A stretch of 64,000 nt of DNA. It comes from Mobula hypostoma. Lineage: Eukaryota. Position numbers and translations under genes: made by a program. The stretch is taken from the NCBI RefSeq assembly GCF_963921235.1, contig NC_086108.1, positions 53,446,001-53,510,000 on the forward strand, read 5' to 3'. Under the pieces are notes generated by a model. The model saw only the letters and a program-made list of their open reading frames with translations, was not told the DNA's origin and did no database searches. Positions 1 through 13,424 of this stretch are shown here, in pieces; position 1 is the first letter of the stretch, and every line of letters starts with the position of its first letter.

Positions 1-540
1 CTGCGGCACTCCACTAGTCACAGGCCTCCAGTCAGAGAGGCAGCTGTCTACTACCATTCTCTGGCTTCTCCCAAAAAGCCAATGTCTAATCCAATTCACT
101 ATCTCATCTTGAATGCCGATCGACTGAGCCTTCTTGTTCAACCTGACATGTGGGACCTTGTCAAGTGCCTTACTAAAGTCCATGCAGACACCATCCACTC
201 CCTCGCTTTCATCAACTTTCCTGGAAACTTCCTTGAAAAGCTTTATAAGATTAGTTAGACATGACCTACCGCACACTAAACCATGCTGACTATCCCTAAT
301 CTGTCTATATCTATCCAAACACTCATATATCCTATCCTTTAGAATACCTTCCAATAACTTCCTCACTACTGATATTAGGCTCACTAGCCTATAATTTCTT
401 GGTTTATTTTTAGAGCCTTGCTTGAACAGGTGAACAACGCTGGCTATCCTCCAATCCTCTGATACCTCACCTGTGGCTAATGGTGACTTACGTATCTCTG
501 CTAAGGGCCTGCAATTTCTGCACTTGCCTCCTGCAGAGTC
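1..540 (-). mobile_element. CR1-clade LINE, RT fragment
   Basis: Minus strand reads decayed CR1 RT motifs (SQHGxVxGRSCLT, VxMDFSKAxDKVPH). Confidence 0.8.
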
Positions 541-824
541 ATTTGTCATATATACTTTGAAACAAGCAGTGAAATGCATAATTTGTGTCAAATCAAATCA
601 AATGAGATTGTTGGGCAGCCTGCAAATTTTGCCATGCTTCTGACGCCAACATAGTATGCCCACATCTTCAGAACCCTACTTTGGTGTGGAACAAAGACAT
701 AGTACCCAGTCATGGGAGAACTTGAACATACGAAACTTGTATAAACAATGACAAGAATTGAACCATGATGTTACAGCTACCCAAAGTAGCAGGAGCAACC
801 TTCCCCAACTTTCTCATTATAGCT

Positions 825-1285
825 GAGGGGCATCACCAGATGGTATGGAGGGACCACTGCATAGGATCGGGAAAAAGCTAAAGAGAGTTGAACTCTCAGC
901 CAGCTCCATCATGGCACTAGCCTCCCGAGCATACAGGAAATCTTCAACAGGTAATGCCTCAAAAAGGGTATCCATCATTAAAGATCCCTATCACCTAGAA
1001 CATCCCCTCTTCTCATTGTTACCATCAAGGAGAAGATACAGATGCCTGAAGATGCACATTCATCATTTCAAAATAGCCTGTTCTCCTTTGCCATGACAGT
1101 TCTGAATGTATAATGAACCCATGAACACTTCCTCTGTATTTTTCCTCTTTTTGCTCTACTTAATTTATTTTTTAATAGGTACTTATTGTAACTTGCAGTT
1201 TTTATTACTGTGTGTTGTGGTGTGCTGCTGCTGTGGAATGGCAAGTTTAATGATGTATGCCGGTGAAATTAAATCTGATTCTGAT
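825..1285 (+). mobile_element. Rex1/Babar-like LINE 3' end
   Basis: Decayed C-terminal IIKDPxHxxHPLFSLLPSxRRYR (ORF 845..1096) followed by a TCTGATTCTGA tail. Confidence 0.7.
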
Positions 1286-1286
1286 G

Positions 1287-1831
1287 CACTCGGTGACCAT
1301 TTTATTTGGTACAAGAGAAGAATTTGGTGTGCCCTTATGTTGCTGTAGCCTATCCACTTCAAGGTTCATTGTGTCATGAGTTCATCTATGCACTTCTGCA
1401 CACCCTGTTGCAATGCGTGGTTATTTCAGTTAGTGTCACCTTCCTGTCAGCTTGAACCAGCCTGGCCATTCTCCTCTGACCTCTCAGGAACAAGGTGTTT
1501 TCACCCACAGAACTGCTGCTCACTGGATTTTTTTTTGCTTTTCGCACCATTCTCTGTAAGCTCTAGAGACTGGTGTAAGTGAAGATCCCAGGAGATCAGT
1601 AGTTTCTGAAATACTCAAACCAGCCTGTCTGGCACCAACAATTTATTCTACAGTCAAAGTCACTTAGATCACAATTCTTCCCCATTCTGATATTTGGTCT
1701 GAACAACTGAACCTTTTAACCATGTCTGTATACTTTTAATGCATTGAGTTACTGCCACATGATTAGCTGATTAGGATTTTGTCATTAATGAGCAGGTGTA
1801 CAGGGGTACCTAATAAAGTGACTATTGAGTG
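1287..1831 (-). mobile_element. Tc1-derived non-autonomous DNA transposon
   Basis: Imperfect TIRs CACTCGGTGACCATTTTATTTGGTAC ... GTACCTAATAAAGTGACTATTGAGTG followed by TA. Minus strand keeps a remnant of the Tc1 N-terminus (MGKxxDLSDF..VGARxAGLSISETxDLLG). Confidence 0.75.
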
Positions 1832-2319
1832 TATATTTCCTTCACTTTGTCCCTATACCAGAGGATAAGTGGAAAATGTTGCTGTACTAAACTGGCTAAG
1901 TTATTGACAATTTTGTTGCTAATGACAACAGTTGGAAATTTTTAAAAATCCCATAATGTGATTATTTCTCAATTTGCTATTCTGCTGTGCCAGGTATAGA
2001 GGCACGAATGGCAAAGCAGATTGTGGTGAGAATTCAGATGCTTGCTGATATGAGATGTGTTCATTGTGGTTAAATATATAATTTGTACCACAATTTGATT
2101 GCAGTGCACATCACCACTGCATTAGACAAATGGAAAAGTGGAGGTTGGTAGGTTCTTGATCAGTGAGGGCGTCAAAGGTTACGGGGAGAAGGCAGGAGAG
2201 TGGTGTAGAGAGGGATGATTAAATCAGCCATGGTGGAATGGTGGAGCAGACGTGATGGGCCAAATGGTGTCTTACGGTCTAACAAATGCCCTTCATTTTC
2301 TCCTGATTCTCCACCCTCA

Positions 2320-2485
2320 TCAATAGCAATTTACAGTAGCCAATTAACTTGCACAGTTGTATGAAGAAACCAGAGCATCTGAACAAATTTGCGGTCATGG
2401 AGGACATGCAAACTCCACAAAGACATGACCTGAGGTCAGGATCAGATGCAGATGCTGGAGCTGTGTGGCAGCAGTGCTAACTAAT
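2320..2485 (-). mobile_element. tRNA-derived V-SINE/HE1-like SINE fragment
   Basis: Reverse complement gives ttagcactgctgccacacagc.. and a gtggagtttgcatgtcctcc V-core-like segment; similar to the copy at 34700. Confidence 0.6.
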
Positions 2486-2646
2486 CTTTGGAGGCTGTCG
2501 ATGTTTCAGCACTGGCAACTTGATTATTCCCTATTTTATTTAGCCTTCCACTTGTGGCTTTGTTTTCTGCTCCAAGCTGCTCTGAAATAATTTCCCATAT
2601 CATTCTAGTTCTTGGCCCTTTTAATTCCTGTAAAATGTGCCCCCTT

Positions 2647-2710
2647 TGTCCAAATTATTGATAGTCTGCTGTAATGTGTCCAAATTATTGATAGTTTGCT
2701 GAAATGTGTC
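2647..2710 (+). repeat. 30-bp tandem duplication (2 copies)
   Basis: TGTCCAAATTATTGATAGTCTGCTGTAATG followed by TGTCCAAATTATTGATAGTTTGCTGAAATG. Confidence 0.85.
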
Positions 2711-2754
2711 TTTTTATTGCTCAGTTGAATTTCATTTGAAACATTCTTGAATCA

Positions 2755-3300
2755 TATAACATAGACGAGCTCGTTTGACAATGATGTTGTGCCATCCTCT
2801 TAAGCTACTCCAGGATCAATCTAATGCTTCCCTCCTGTCTGGCCCTCTATATTTCTTTCATCCACATGCCTATCTAAGAGTCTCTTAAATGCCTCTAACA
2901 TAACTACCTCTACCACCACCCCTGTAAAAGTATTCCATGCACTCATCACACTCTGTGTATAGAGAAAAAAAATCTACCAGACATTTCCTCCTATACTTTC
3001 CTCCAATTACCTTAAAATTATGTGGCTGGCTGTCCATTTTATCAATGCCTCCTATCATGCATACCTTTATTAAACTACCTCTCATCCTCTTTGTCTCCAA
3101 AGAGAAAATCCCTAGCTCGCTCAACCTTTCCTCATAAGACACGCTGGTAAATCTCTGAACCCTTTAAAGCTTCCACATCCTTCCTATAATGAGGTGACTA
3201 TAATTTAACACACTACTCCAACTGTGGTCTAGCTAGAGTTTTATAGAGCTGCAATGTTACCCTGCTGTTTGAACTCAGTCCCTTGATTAATGAATTGGCC
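2755..3300 (-). mobile_element. CR1/HER1 LINE 3' fragment
   Basis: ORF 2885..3142: SYEERLSELGIFSLETKRMRGSLI is the CR1 ORF2 C-terminal signature. Confidence 0.8.
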
Positions 3301-3684
3301 TTGGTTGCAAGTTTCCAGACTTTGCCCTTTTTTGTGCTTGGGTATACTGCTCAGTATTTTCCTGCGGCGGGGTTAGAAGTTAGCACAGCATGCATAGAGT
3401 GGAAAGATAAATGTGGAGATAGGCTGGTCTGGAGAGAAGCTGTCACTAGGAATTGGTGGAAAGCAGCAGCAGATTAGATTGACATAAAAATATGGTGTGA
3501 GGGTGGAAATTGCTGGATTAGAAAGGGCAATGTGAAGATTGGGTGTTGGGAGATCAGGAAGAGAAATGTGAAGATGGAGTGGTGGGAAGGTCAGATAGTG
3601 GGGAAGAACAGGGAAGCAGGTAGATATGGTGAGGTAGTCAGAGAGGTTTGCATGAAGCTGAGGAGGGAGAATGTGTCTGGGAAA

Positions 3685-4293
3685 TTAGATTATGAAGACA
3701 TGTAGTCCTCTTTTATTGTCATTTAGTAATGCATGCATTAAGAAATGATACAATATTTCCCTCCGGTGTGATATCACAAAACACAGGACAGACCAAGACT
3801 GAAAAAACTGACAAAACCACATAATTATAACATATAGTTACAACAGTACAACAATACCATAAGTCCATGAGCACAGTAAAAGTTGAGTGTCTCAAATGTC
3901 CCACATCTCACGCAGACAGGAGAAGGAAGAAAAACTCTCCCTGCCATGCCGACCACAGTCCGACTCTGAGTCATCCAAGAACTTTGAGCTCTGATCAGCT
4001 CTCCAACACCGAGTACTGAGTGCCATCTCTGTCTGAACGATCCAACCTCAACCTCGGTCGCCAACAGCAGGCAAAGCCGGGGATTTTGAGGCCTACCCTC
4101 CGAAAGATTCCTGACCATGCAGTAACGACAGCAGCAAGCGAGCGTTTCAGAAATTTCTCCAGGTGTTCCTCTGTGCTTTCACGTCCATTCTCCATCAAAT
4201 CAGAATTGTCCACTGCCCCTATTTAACAGATACGATATCATTTTTCACCGGAGGGCTGCGCACGCGCAGGCGCGCTGTTCTCTCTCCTCCCGC
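3685..4293 (-). mobile_element. Non-autonomous retroposon family X, copy 1
   Basis: Near-collinear with 27362-27990 and related to 33581-34262. GC-rich 5' end; 3' end ATGCATGCAT..GACAATAAA..CATAATCTAA. Confidence 0.75.
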
Positions 4294-5249
4294 TGAGGGT
4301 GTTTTGGAGAGAGCTGTGGCTTGAGGATTTGGATACATTTCTGATTTACCTGCTCGTATGGTGCTGATGTTGCAGGGCTAAGATTTTGTTGTATTAGGAA
4401 TTCCCAATAGTGAACTGTTCCAAGGCAATGTGATCCATATTTCCTTGCTTTACACAGGTAATCCTGAGTCACCTGATTCCATGACATAGAAATTGTGGCA
4501 GGGTTGCAAGGGCAACTTGTAAATATATATAAACATTTATTTGAGATGTTTTTGATTCTTGTAATTTGAGGTGGAAATTGTCACAAGTGCAGTTTATTCT
4601 ATGTTAAATTGATTTTTAGCAACAGTGTTGAAATATTTTGAGACAGATGTGATCTAATGGCTTTCTCATTTTGATGATGATTGATTCAACAAAATATAAT
4701 TTGACTGATACCATCACCATAAATCTCTGAATATGATGATCTGTGCCAAATGGCTTCAAGGTTATAAAACTGCACATTTTCCAATTAAGCTAAACTTATA
4801 TCATGATGGTCTGCTACATATAAATGAACAATTTTACATGTAACACAATTCTTGTATTCTCTTAAAGTTCTTCTGTTGTCTATTCCATTGTTTTGGCACA
4901 TCACTTCTGTCTATCTTTCAAATTTCCACCATAATATTTTATTGCAGTTTGAGATTCCATTTAGATTGCTCAGCTACATATTTGAGGATGTTGTCACAGT
5001 TCAGTTCATTGCCATCTCTTGAAGCTTTTTTCTCTAATTCTCCGCTACATAAGAAATGACACCCTCCGATCCTCTTCCAGGCTTTATCTTGAAGTATAAG
5101 CTGAGCTTTTACTTGACTATTTTAATTGACAGTCTTAATGGTAAACAAAAGCCAAATTTCTGGTCATGAGTTATTTGGTAAGCACCTGACATGCTTTTCC
5201 ATTTTTATGCCTCATTAATGCGTTTGTTCAGTTGATCACATCTCTAAGG

Positions 5250-5850
5250 GAGCAACACTCACAAAATGCTGGAGGAACTCAGCAGACCAGGCAGCATCTA
5301 TGGAAAAAAAGTACAGTCAATGTTTTGGGCCGAAACCCTTTGGACAGGACTGAAGGAATAAAAGCTGAGGAGTGGATTTAAAAGGTAGCGGAGGGGAGAG
5401 AGAAACACAAGGTAATAGGTGAAACTGGGAGGGGAGGGATGAAGTAAAGAGCTGGGAAGTTGATTGGTGAAAGAGATGCAGGGCTGGAGAAGGGGGAGCT
5501 TGATAGGCGAGAACAGGAGGCTATGGAAGAAAGAAAAGAGGGGAGGAGCCCCAGAGGGAGGCAATGGGCAGGCAAGGACATAAAGTGAGAGAGGGAAAAG
5601 GGGATGGGGAATGGTGAAGGGGGGAGGGGACCATTACCAGAAGTTCGAGGAAATCGATGTTCATGCCATCAGGTTGGAGGCTACCCAGATGGAATATAAG
5701 GTGTTTTTCCTCCAACCTGAGGGTGGCTTTGTCGCAACAGTAGAGGAGGCCATGGATTGACATAACAGAATGGGAAGTGGAATTAAAATTAGGTGGCCAC
5801 TGGGAGATCCCGCTTCTGGTGGGTAGAGTGTAGGGAACTGCATTGTGAGT
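5250..5850 (-). mobile_element. Penelope-like element 3' fragment (GIY-YIG C-terminus + pLTR with decayed hammerhead)
   Basis: ORF 5521..5856 MSIHGLLYC..ATLRLEEKHLIFHLGSLQPDGMNIDF matches the C-terminus at 25553..25879. Confidence 0.85.
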
Positions 5851-6189
5851 ACTCAATAGCTAAGCCACAAAGTCAAGTTTAGTCCATTAGGAAATACTGT
5901 ACCTCTAAATTATTGCTATTCATGATATGTTAGGATGGTAAACTTAAATTGAGAAATGGCCATCATAAAACATGGGAGCAGAATTAGGCTGTTTGGCCCA
6001 TCGAGTCTGCTCCATCATTCAACTCTGGCTGAATTATTTTCCCTTTCAACTCTATTTTCCTGCCTTTTACTTTTTTAATGCTAATATAATTATTCTCATT
6101 GTTGGCAAGCACTGTGGATCCAGACACTTCTGCCACTTGTCCAGCCTCATTCTCCATGGTCCAACGTTGCATCCTCTCCAGTAGGCCCA

Positions 6190-6455
6190 TCCAGTGGGCA
6201 ATTTATTATGTACGCCTGGACATCTGCTTGTTAATGCAAATACCTAATCAGTCAATCATGTGGCAGAAACTCAATGCATAAAAACGTGCTGATATGTTCA
6301 AGAGGTTCATTTGTTGTCCAGACCAAACATCAAATTGGGAAGCAATGTGATGTATGTGACTTTTGACTGTGGAATGATTGTTTGTGCCAGACGGGGTTAT
6401 TTGAGTTTCTCAGAAATCGCAGATCTGCTGGGATTTTCATGCACAGTCTCTAGAG
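6190..6455 (+). mobile_element. Tc1-derived fragment (same family as 1287-1831)
   Basis: ORF 6311..6520 FDCGMIVCARRGYLSFSEIADLLGFS resembles the Tc1 N-terminal HTH; sequence resembles the reverse complement of 1560-1830. Confidence 0.7.
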
Positions 6456-6464
6456 CAACAGTCT

Positions 6465-7365
6465 CTCACAAAATGCTGGAGGAACTCAGCAGGTCAGGCA
6501 GCACCTATGGAAATGAATAAACAGTCAATGCTTTGCGCTGTGACTCTTCTTCAGGAAGAGGGAAGGAGGATAGCTAGAAGGTGGTAGCTGATGCCAGGTG
6601 GATAGGAAAGTTAAAGGACTGGAGAGGAAGGAATTTGATAGGAGAGGAGAGTGGACCATCAGAGAAAGAGAAGGAGGAAGGGACCCAGGGAGAGGTGGTA
6701 GACAGGTGAGAGACAGGTGAGAAGAGGTAAGTGGCCAGAGTGGGGAATAGAAGAAGTGGGGAGGGGGAGGGAAAATTTTTTATCAGAAGGAAAAGTCTGT
6801 ATTTGTGCCATCAGGTTGGAGACTAATCAGACGAAGTACAAGATGTTGCTTATCCCCCCCCCCCCCGCCACCTTCGGGTGGCCTCATTGTGGTACAAGAG
6901 GAGGCCATGGACCAACATGTCAGAATAGGAATGGGAATCAGATTTTAAATGTTTGGCCACCGAGAAATTCTGCTTTTGGTGGATAGAGCGGAGGTGCTCG
7001 ATGAAGCAGTTGCCTAATTTACAATGGGTCTCACCAATGCAGAGAAGGCCAGTTTGAGAGTACTAGACACAACAGGCGACCACAGCAGATTCACAGGTGA
7101 AGTGTTGCCTTACCTGGAAGGACTGCTTGGGGCCCTGAACGGAGGTTAGGGCGGTAATGAATGGGCAAGTGTAACACTTTGGCTGCTTGCAGAGATAAGT
7201 GCCAGGTGGGAGATTAGTGGATGAATGAACAAGAGAATCATGGAGGGAACAATCTTTGTGAAAAGCAGAAGTTTGGGGGGGAGGGTGGAGATAATGATAT
7301 GTTTGAGGGTAGGATCCCTTTGGAGATGGTGGAAGTTGAGGAGAATGATGTGTTGGATGCACAAG
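6465..7365 (-). mobile_element. Penelope-like element 3' fragment
   Basis: ORF 7063..7491 SLHDSLVHS..PGTYLCKQPKCYTCPF..QGPKQSFQVRQHFTCES matches the linker/GIY-YIG region of the element at 23023-26308. Confidence 0.85.
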
Positions 7366-7917
7366 CATTGCTTCTTCCAATTTGCCCAGGTGAATATATT
7401 TATACTTGCATTCCTGCATTGTGTGAGTCAACCTTGTGATGATGTTCTTGCAGGGGCTGTACTGTAACTGTGAGAGCCTGAAATGTGTCATAAAGACTTT
7501 ATTCTCTGTCCCCTAACCTTGTCCAAAGCCACAAAGGCATCTGTCAGTTCTGTAGGTGCAGAGCATTGAAATATTTTGGCAGGCTGCAATCAGTGTGAGA
7601 GGTCATCCATTAGTGAGGCAACGTGAGGTATTTAAAAAAAAGCTCATGGTCTTTCAAGACATTTCGGTGGGCTGCAATCATCACAAGAGGTTGTTCATTG
7701 GTGACGCAGTGTGAGATTTAAAAAGAGCTTGGGAGCTTTTGTGATCATAACAATCTATTAGGCACTTTGCAGGGGCCAATAAAAAGAAGCAAGATCTAAG
7801 CAGAGTGGCCATTGTGTGAGTAACCAGTGTTAGAGTAGTCAGGATTTGGCTTTCGGGCTCAGGCAAGCAGAGGCGGTGGTTCTAAGCAAATTAGTAAGTT
7901 TTTTTTCCATTAGTACA

Positions 7918-8410
7918 TAGTAAATCCAGCTGCTGGCCTTCACATATGGCTTGCACTACTGAGTCTTGCAGAACTATTTTTGCTGACGAGGAGGAGCAAA
8001 GGCAGGTTACTAGTGCCTTAAAACCAGTCACTTTGGTCAGATGAGACTCGTCAGCCATGGTTAGCAGCTCATCTACGAGAAAGAAAACTCTGATCTCTAA
8101 CTTCCACTGCCTTGTGACTATACCCACTCATGGGGAAGGCCTTTGGAGGTAACCCTGAGGAAGAATCCAGAGCTGGAGTCCCTAAGGTAGTCCAACTTCG
8201 AGTTTAACGCTGTTTGGCGACTCCAGCGACGCTGCTGGTACCAAACTGTATTGGTCTGCTGTTCCTTTGGATTCATCAACGGTGTTGAGAAGGGGAGACT
8301 GTTGCATGGGCAACAGCTTGCTCACCATATGGAACTGCCCTGGCTTGTGAATCACGGAGAAAGCAGGAACACAATAACCATGGGTTGACCCCAACCAGTG
8401 GAGGGCCTCA
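7918..8410 (+). mobile_element. Short non-coding retroposon insertion (RTE-5'UTR-like SINE)
   Basis: Flanked by the 7-bp direct repeat TAGTACA (7911-7917, 8411-8417). Contains gcagctcatctacgagaaagaaaactctgat, which resembles RTE 5' UTR motifs from memory; family call tentative. Confidence 0.55.
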
Positions 8411-10410
8411 TAGTACACTGAGAATGCTCCAGAGTTAATGGTATGTGAGATGTGGGAACTTTGGGAGCTTCAGCTCTTTAGAGAATGTGTTAAACAGCTT
8501 AATGTCCTTCAGCTCATATGGGAGAATGAGGAAGTGATTGGTATTACCTACAGGGATATAATCACTCCTGTTACAGGAGGCAGGTACCTGGATGACTGTC
8601 CAGAAAGGGAATAGGTAGCCTCTGCAGAGTACCCCTGTGGCTATTCCTCTCAATAATAAGTATACCACTTCAGATACCGTTGGGAAGGAATGTCCTATGG
8701 GGAGAAGTTGCATGACCTGATCTGTGGCACTGAGTCTGTCTCTGTGGCTCGGAAGGGAAGGGGGAAAAAGAGGAGTGCAGTAGTGATTGGGGATTCCATA
8801 ATGAGAGCAGCAAACAGCAGATTCTGTGGATGTGAAAGAGACATCCTCCCAGGTGCCAGATGCAGAGATGTCTCAGTTCAGGTTTGCAGCATTCTAACAG
8901 CCGGAAGTCATGGTTCATATTGGTACCAATAACATAGGAAGGGAAGGTAGGAGGTCCTGAAGAGAAAATACAGGGAGTTTAGAAAACTGAAAAGTAGGAC
9001 CTCCAGGGTAGTAATCCTTGGATTGCTGCCTGTACCATGCTCCACTGAGGATAAGAATAGGATGATTTGGTAGATGACTGATTTGTGGCTGAAGATTTGG
9101 TGCAGGGGGCTGGGTTTTAGATTACTGGATCATTGGGATCTCTTCTGGGGAAGATGTAACTTGTACAAAAAAAAACACGGGTTACACCTGAACCTGAGGA
9201 GGACCAATGTCCTTGTGGGAAGGTTTGCTAGAGCTGTTGGGGAGGGTTTAAACTAATTTGGCTGGAGGATAGGAACCAGAGTGATAGGACTGAGGATGGG
9301 GCATTTGGTATACAACTAGGTGCAGTGTGCAGTGAGACTATGAGGAAGGACAGGCAGATGATAGGGATGGATTGAAGTGTAACATGATGCCAAAATCAAA
9401 AAGGGTGATGAATTCAGGACTAAAGGTGTTACATTTGAATGCATGCAGTATACGCAATAAGTCAGGTGAACTTGTAGCGCAGTTAGAGGTCAGCAGGTAT
9501 GATGCTGTGGACAGTGCTGAGTCATGGCTGAAAGAAGACCATTGTTGAGAGTTTAACATCCAAATACAGACATTGTATTAAAAGGATAGCTAGGTAAGAG
9601 AAGGGGTAAGGTGTTGGTAAGAATGAAATCATATCCTTATAAAGTTGACACATAGGATTGGAATATGTAGAATTCCTGTGGGTAGAGTTAAGAAACTGCA
9701 AGGGTAAAAAGACCTTAATGGGAGTTGTATAGAGACCTCCAAACAGTAGCCAGGATCTGGGATACAGGTTAAAACGGGAGATAGAAAAGGCACATAATAA
9801 GGGCAAAGTTACGAGAATCTAGGGGGATTTCAATTTCAGGTAGATTGGGAAAATCAGGTTGGTGCTGGATCCTGAGAGTGAGAATTGGTGAAATGCCTAT
9901 GAGATGGCTTTTTAAAGCAGTTTGTGATTGACCCTACCAGGGGAACAACAATTCTGGATTGCTTGTTAAGTAATGACCCAAATTTGATTCGGGAGCTGAA
10001 GGTAAACGAACCCTTAGTTGATCATATTATGACGAATCCACCCTGCAATTTGAAAAGGAGAAGCTGTGGAATAAAGAAAATTACAGGACCATGATGAAGG
10101 AGCAGGCCAAAATTGATTGGAGGGAGACACTAGCAGGGATGACAGCAGAGCAGCAATGGCTGGGTTTTCAGGGAATATTTCGGAAGGTGCAGGATAGATA
10201 CATCCCAAAGATAATGAAGTACTCTAAAGGGAGGATGAGGGAACCTTGGCTGGCAGGAAAAGTAAAAGCCAGTGTAAAAGCAAAAATGAGAACACATAAT
10301 ATAGCAAAAATTAGTGAGAAGGTAGAGGATTGGGATGCTTTTAAAAATCAAGAGAAGGCAACTAAAACAGCCATGAGAGAAAGAAGATGAAAGAGGAAGG
10401 TAAGCTAACT

Positions 10411-13071
10411 CAGCGGTTTTCAAACTTTGCCTGACCATGGCCCACTTATGACTTCCATTTACCTCCGTGGCTCCCACCCTCCATCGTCTGTTAGTTGCTA
10501 AAGTTTTTGTTTTGGTTAGCTGTCCTCGTTATTCTAATATGCAGCCGATATTTATGTTTCAGCAGGTTATTATGTTAAATATAATGTTACACTTGTATAT
10601 GAAGACTAAAACTATTTCAAAGCTCTGAATAGGATACTTCATTTATATTATATATACTATTTTTCCAACTAGCAAATAAAACGCTTAATATTGTTACATC
10701 GGGTATATAGTGAGATCCTTGCGACTGATGCAAACTAGCGAGTCTATGACTATCTAGTTGCAACTTGGTTAAAGATAATCAAAGGTCACCGCTTTTCACA
10801 ACATCAAGACAGTTACAAGCTTTTGCTATCAAGTGAAGAGCTTGACTAAAACCACACTCAATTAGATAACAGGTGGAAAATACAATTTTAAATAAATTTG
10901 CTTTCTCTCAGAGCTGTGGAAATTTATTTTGAACATCACTAGTTATCCAGAAATTTTCCTTGCTGCATTTGAATTTTGCTTGATCTGTTAAGTCACTCAC
11001 TCTGCAGTTCAATACAGTGTAAGACATTCTTGCAATGTGGTGCATTCACCCCAAATTGGTCCACCACCCAATCTGGAATCTGCATCTCTAGCAGACCTCT
11101 GAACTGTAATTCCATATTGATGTGCAGTTGTTTCAAATGATCAAGATATACAATCAGAATATTTGTGATATTCCTCACAAAGCTGCTGAAAAAAGACCAT
11201 CTTGAAGTGCATTTGATTTGTTGAAGCTGACAGACATTGTTACAGCAGCAAGGGTGTCGTGCAAGTCCTCTGAATTTTTTTTTTGCAACCAAATGTCGAT
11301 GGTGGTTGATACTGTGTATGGCGAAAAACATCAGGCACAGCATTTTTTAAAATGAGCAATGAATTCTCTATCTTCCTGCTTTCAATGCAGCACCATTAGT
11401 TGCAGAAGCCATTATATTTTCCAGCGGAATATTGTTTTCCAAGAAATAACTCTTGACTTCTTCAAAAATAGTTTCACCTTTGGTATCTGTCTTAAGCTTT
11501 CAGGCAAAAAAGCATTTCCTCTACTAGCCTGATCATCATTCAAAAATCTAACATGTGTCATCAGAAGAGCTTCATTATCACGTAATGTGTTTTCATCGAT
11601 TTACAGGGCAAACTTCTTAACTTGCAGTTGTGCAGCTAGTTGTTTTTCCACATCATCTGACATATCATCAATACGCCTTGATACTGATGAGTTGCTCAAG
11701 GGGATAGCTTGAATAGTTTCATATGTGCTCTGATTCATAACAGTAGAAATTAACAACAGAAACTGCAGGCTGAATCAATGATTCACCTTTATTATGTGGC
11801 TTGCCAGATTTTCCAATTAAGTTTGAAATCTCATAGGATACAAATAAACCTTTGTCTATCTTAGCTGCTTTTTCACTAAACATTTGCTTTACTGTTGGCC
11901 TTGATTGAAAATTATCACGTAGTAATAATCCAGTAACCCACAATTTGGAGTAATTCAGTGTCTTGTCTTTCTTGTCCTTGTGCACTGTCTCAAGTGCTTC
12001 CTCAGTTTATGTGGCTGCATGCTTCCATTTGAAAGTGGAGTCATACAAATTAGACACAGTGGCAGGTAATAAAGCCATGGGCAAGATACTCAATTGCTGA
12101 CATTTTTTCTTTGCCATGGATAATCTGATATTCAAAAAAATTAACATATATATATCTGTGTATATACGTACATATATACACAGTAATAATGCAATTCTGT
12201 GAAAAGGCTCTATAGCAAATTAGTAAATGTCAAAGAATTATATTAAGTATAATCTCACATGAAAAAGTATCAGTATTGAATATACACGTAAAATAAAACT
12301 AGCTTTTTGGGCAATATTTTTCGGCAAATTTTTAAAATATTATAATATATGCAAATTCTATGTAGCAATAAAGAGCATGTACTCACCAATAAAAACAAAT
12401 TGAACCCATTCAAAATATAAGTATCAGGAATTTAATGGAAGTTGTAGTCATAGACTTTAGGCATTCTTGCCTCTCTGCAGTTGAGCCATTTCTGACAGAT
12501 GGCCCCACTGCTGTAACTGTTGCCTTCATGTCACTTTTTATAAATATTATAACAAGCAATGGTCAGTGGAAGGCAAACAGAATCAGCCTCCTGTTGTATA
12601 CTAACTAACAGGCCTTGCTGCAGACAACCCTACCCAACCTGCAGTTTGTGATTTGGGGGTAGAGTTGGAGCATGGCTCAGTGAGCCACCCTGCAGGGTAT
12701 GAACAGTGATTTATGTGTGGTCAAGCAGGAGCAGAGATGGCATGGCCAGATTCCATACACACATATACACACCTCTTTTGCTGCTTCATTTGCATCATCT
12801 AGCATATTTTCCAATTTATTTAATTCAGGGTTCCGTTCAGAAAATCCTGTGGCCCCCAGTTTCTTCACAGACAAGAGAAGATGTGCAGATGCTGGAAATT
12901 CAAGCAGTCCTGCCGAAGGGTCTCAGCCTGAAAAGTCGACTGTACTTTTTTCCATAGACGCTGCCTGGCCTGCTGAGTTTCTCCAGCATTTTGTGTGTAT
13001 TGCCCTCAGTTTCTTGTTTTCTTTTTTACTTGTGGCCCCCTATGAAATATGGTCCTTGTTAAGAACCACTG
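10411..13071 (-). mobile_element. hAT (Charlie/Buster) DNA transposon, decayed transposase
   Basis: Ends CAGCGGTTTTCAAAC ... GTTAAGAACCACTG. Minus-strand remnants SYEISNLIGKSGKPHNKGESLIQPAV and IHSINHHRHLVAKK are Buster/SCAND3-type motifs. Confidence 0.85.
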
Positions 13072-13083
13072 ACCTGGCCAATA

Positions 13084-13424
13084 ATAGTCATAGTCATACT
13101 TTATTGATCCCCGGGGAAATTGATTTTCATTACATTTGCACCATAAATTATTAAATAGTAATAAAACCATAAATAATTAAATAGTAATATGTAAATTATG
13201 CCAGGAAATAAGTCCAGGAGCAGCCTATTGGCTCGGTGTCTGACCCTCCAAGGGAGGAGTTGTAAAGTTTGATGGCCACAGGATGACTTCCTATGACGCT
13301 CTGTGTTGCATCTTGGTGGAATGAGTCTCTGACTGAATGCACTCCTGTACCCAACCAGTACATTATGTAGTGGATGGGAGACATTGTCCAAGATGGCATG
13401 CAACTTCCTTTCAGACACCACCGT
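13084..13424 (-). mobile_element. Rex1/Babar-like LINE 3' end
   Basis: KLHAILDNVSHPLHNVL..RSAFSQRLIPPRCNTERHRKS (ORF 13101..13547), then AATAAA and a (TATGAC)n tail on the minus strand. Confidence 0.75.

Noticed and set aside
7982..8100. Canonical HDV-like ribozyme
   Set aside because: There is no room for P3/L3 between the crossing helices, so it is kept only as an unassigned pseudoknot.
12699..13154. 151-aa ORF as a real gene
   Set aside because: Chimeric frame across hAT, PLE pLTR and Rex fragments; no recognisable domain.
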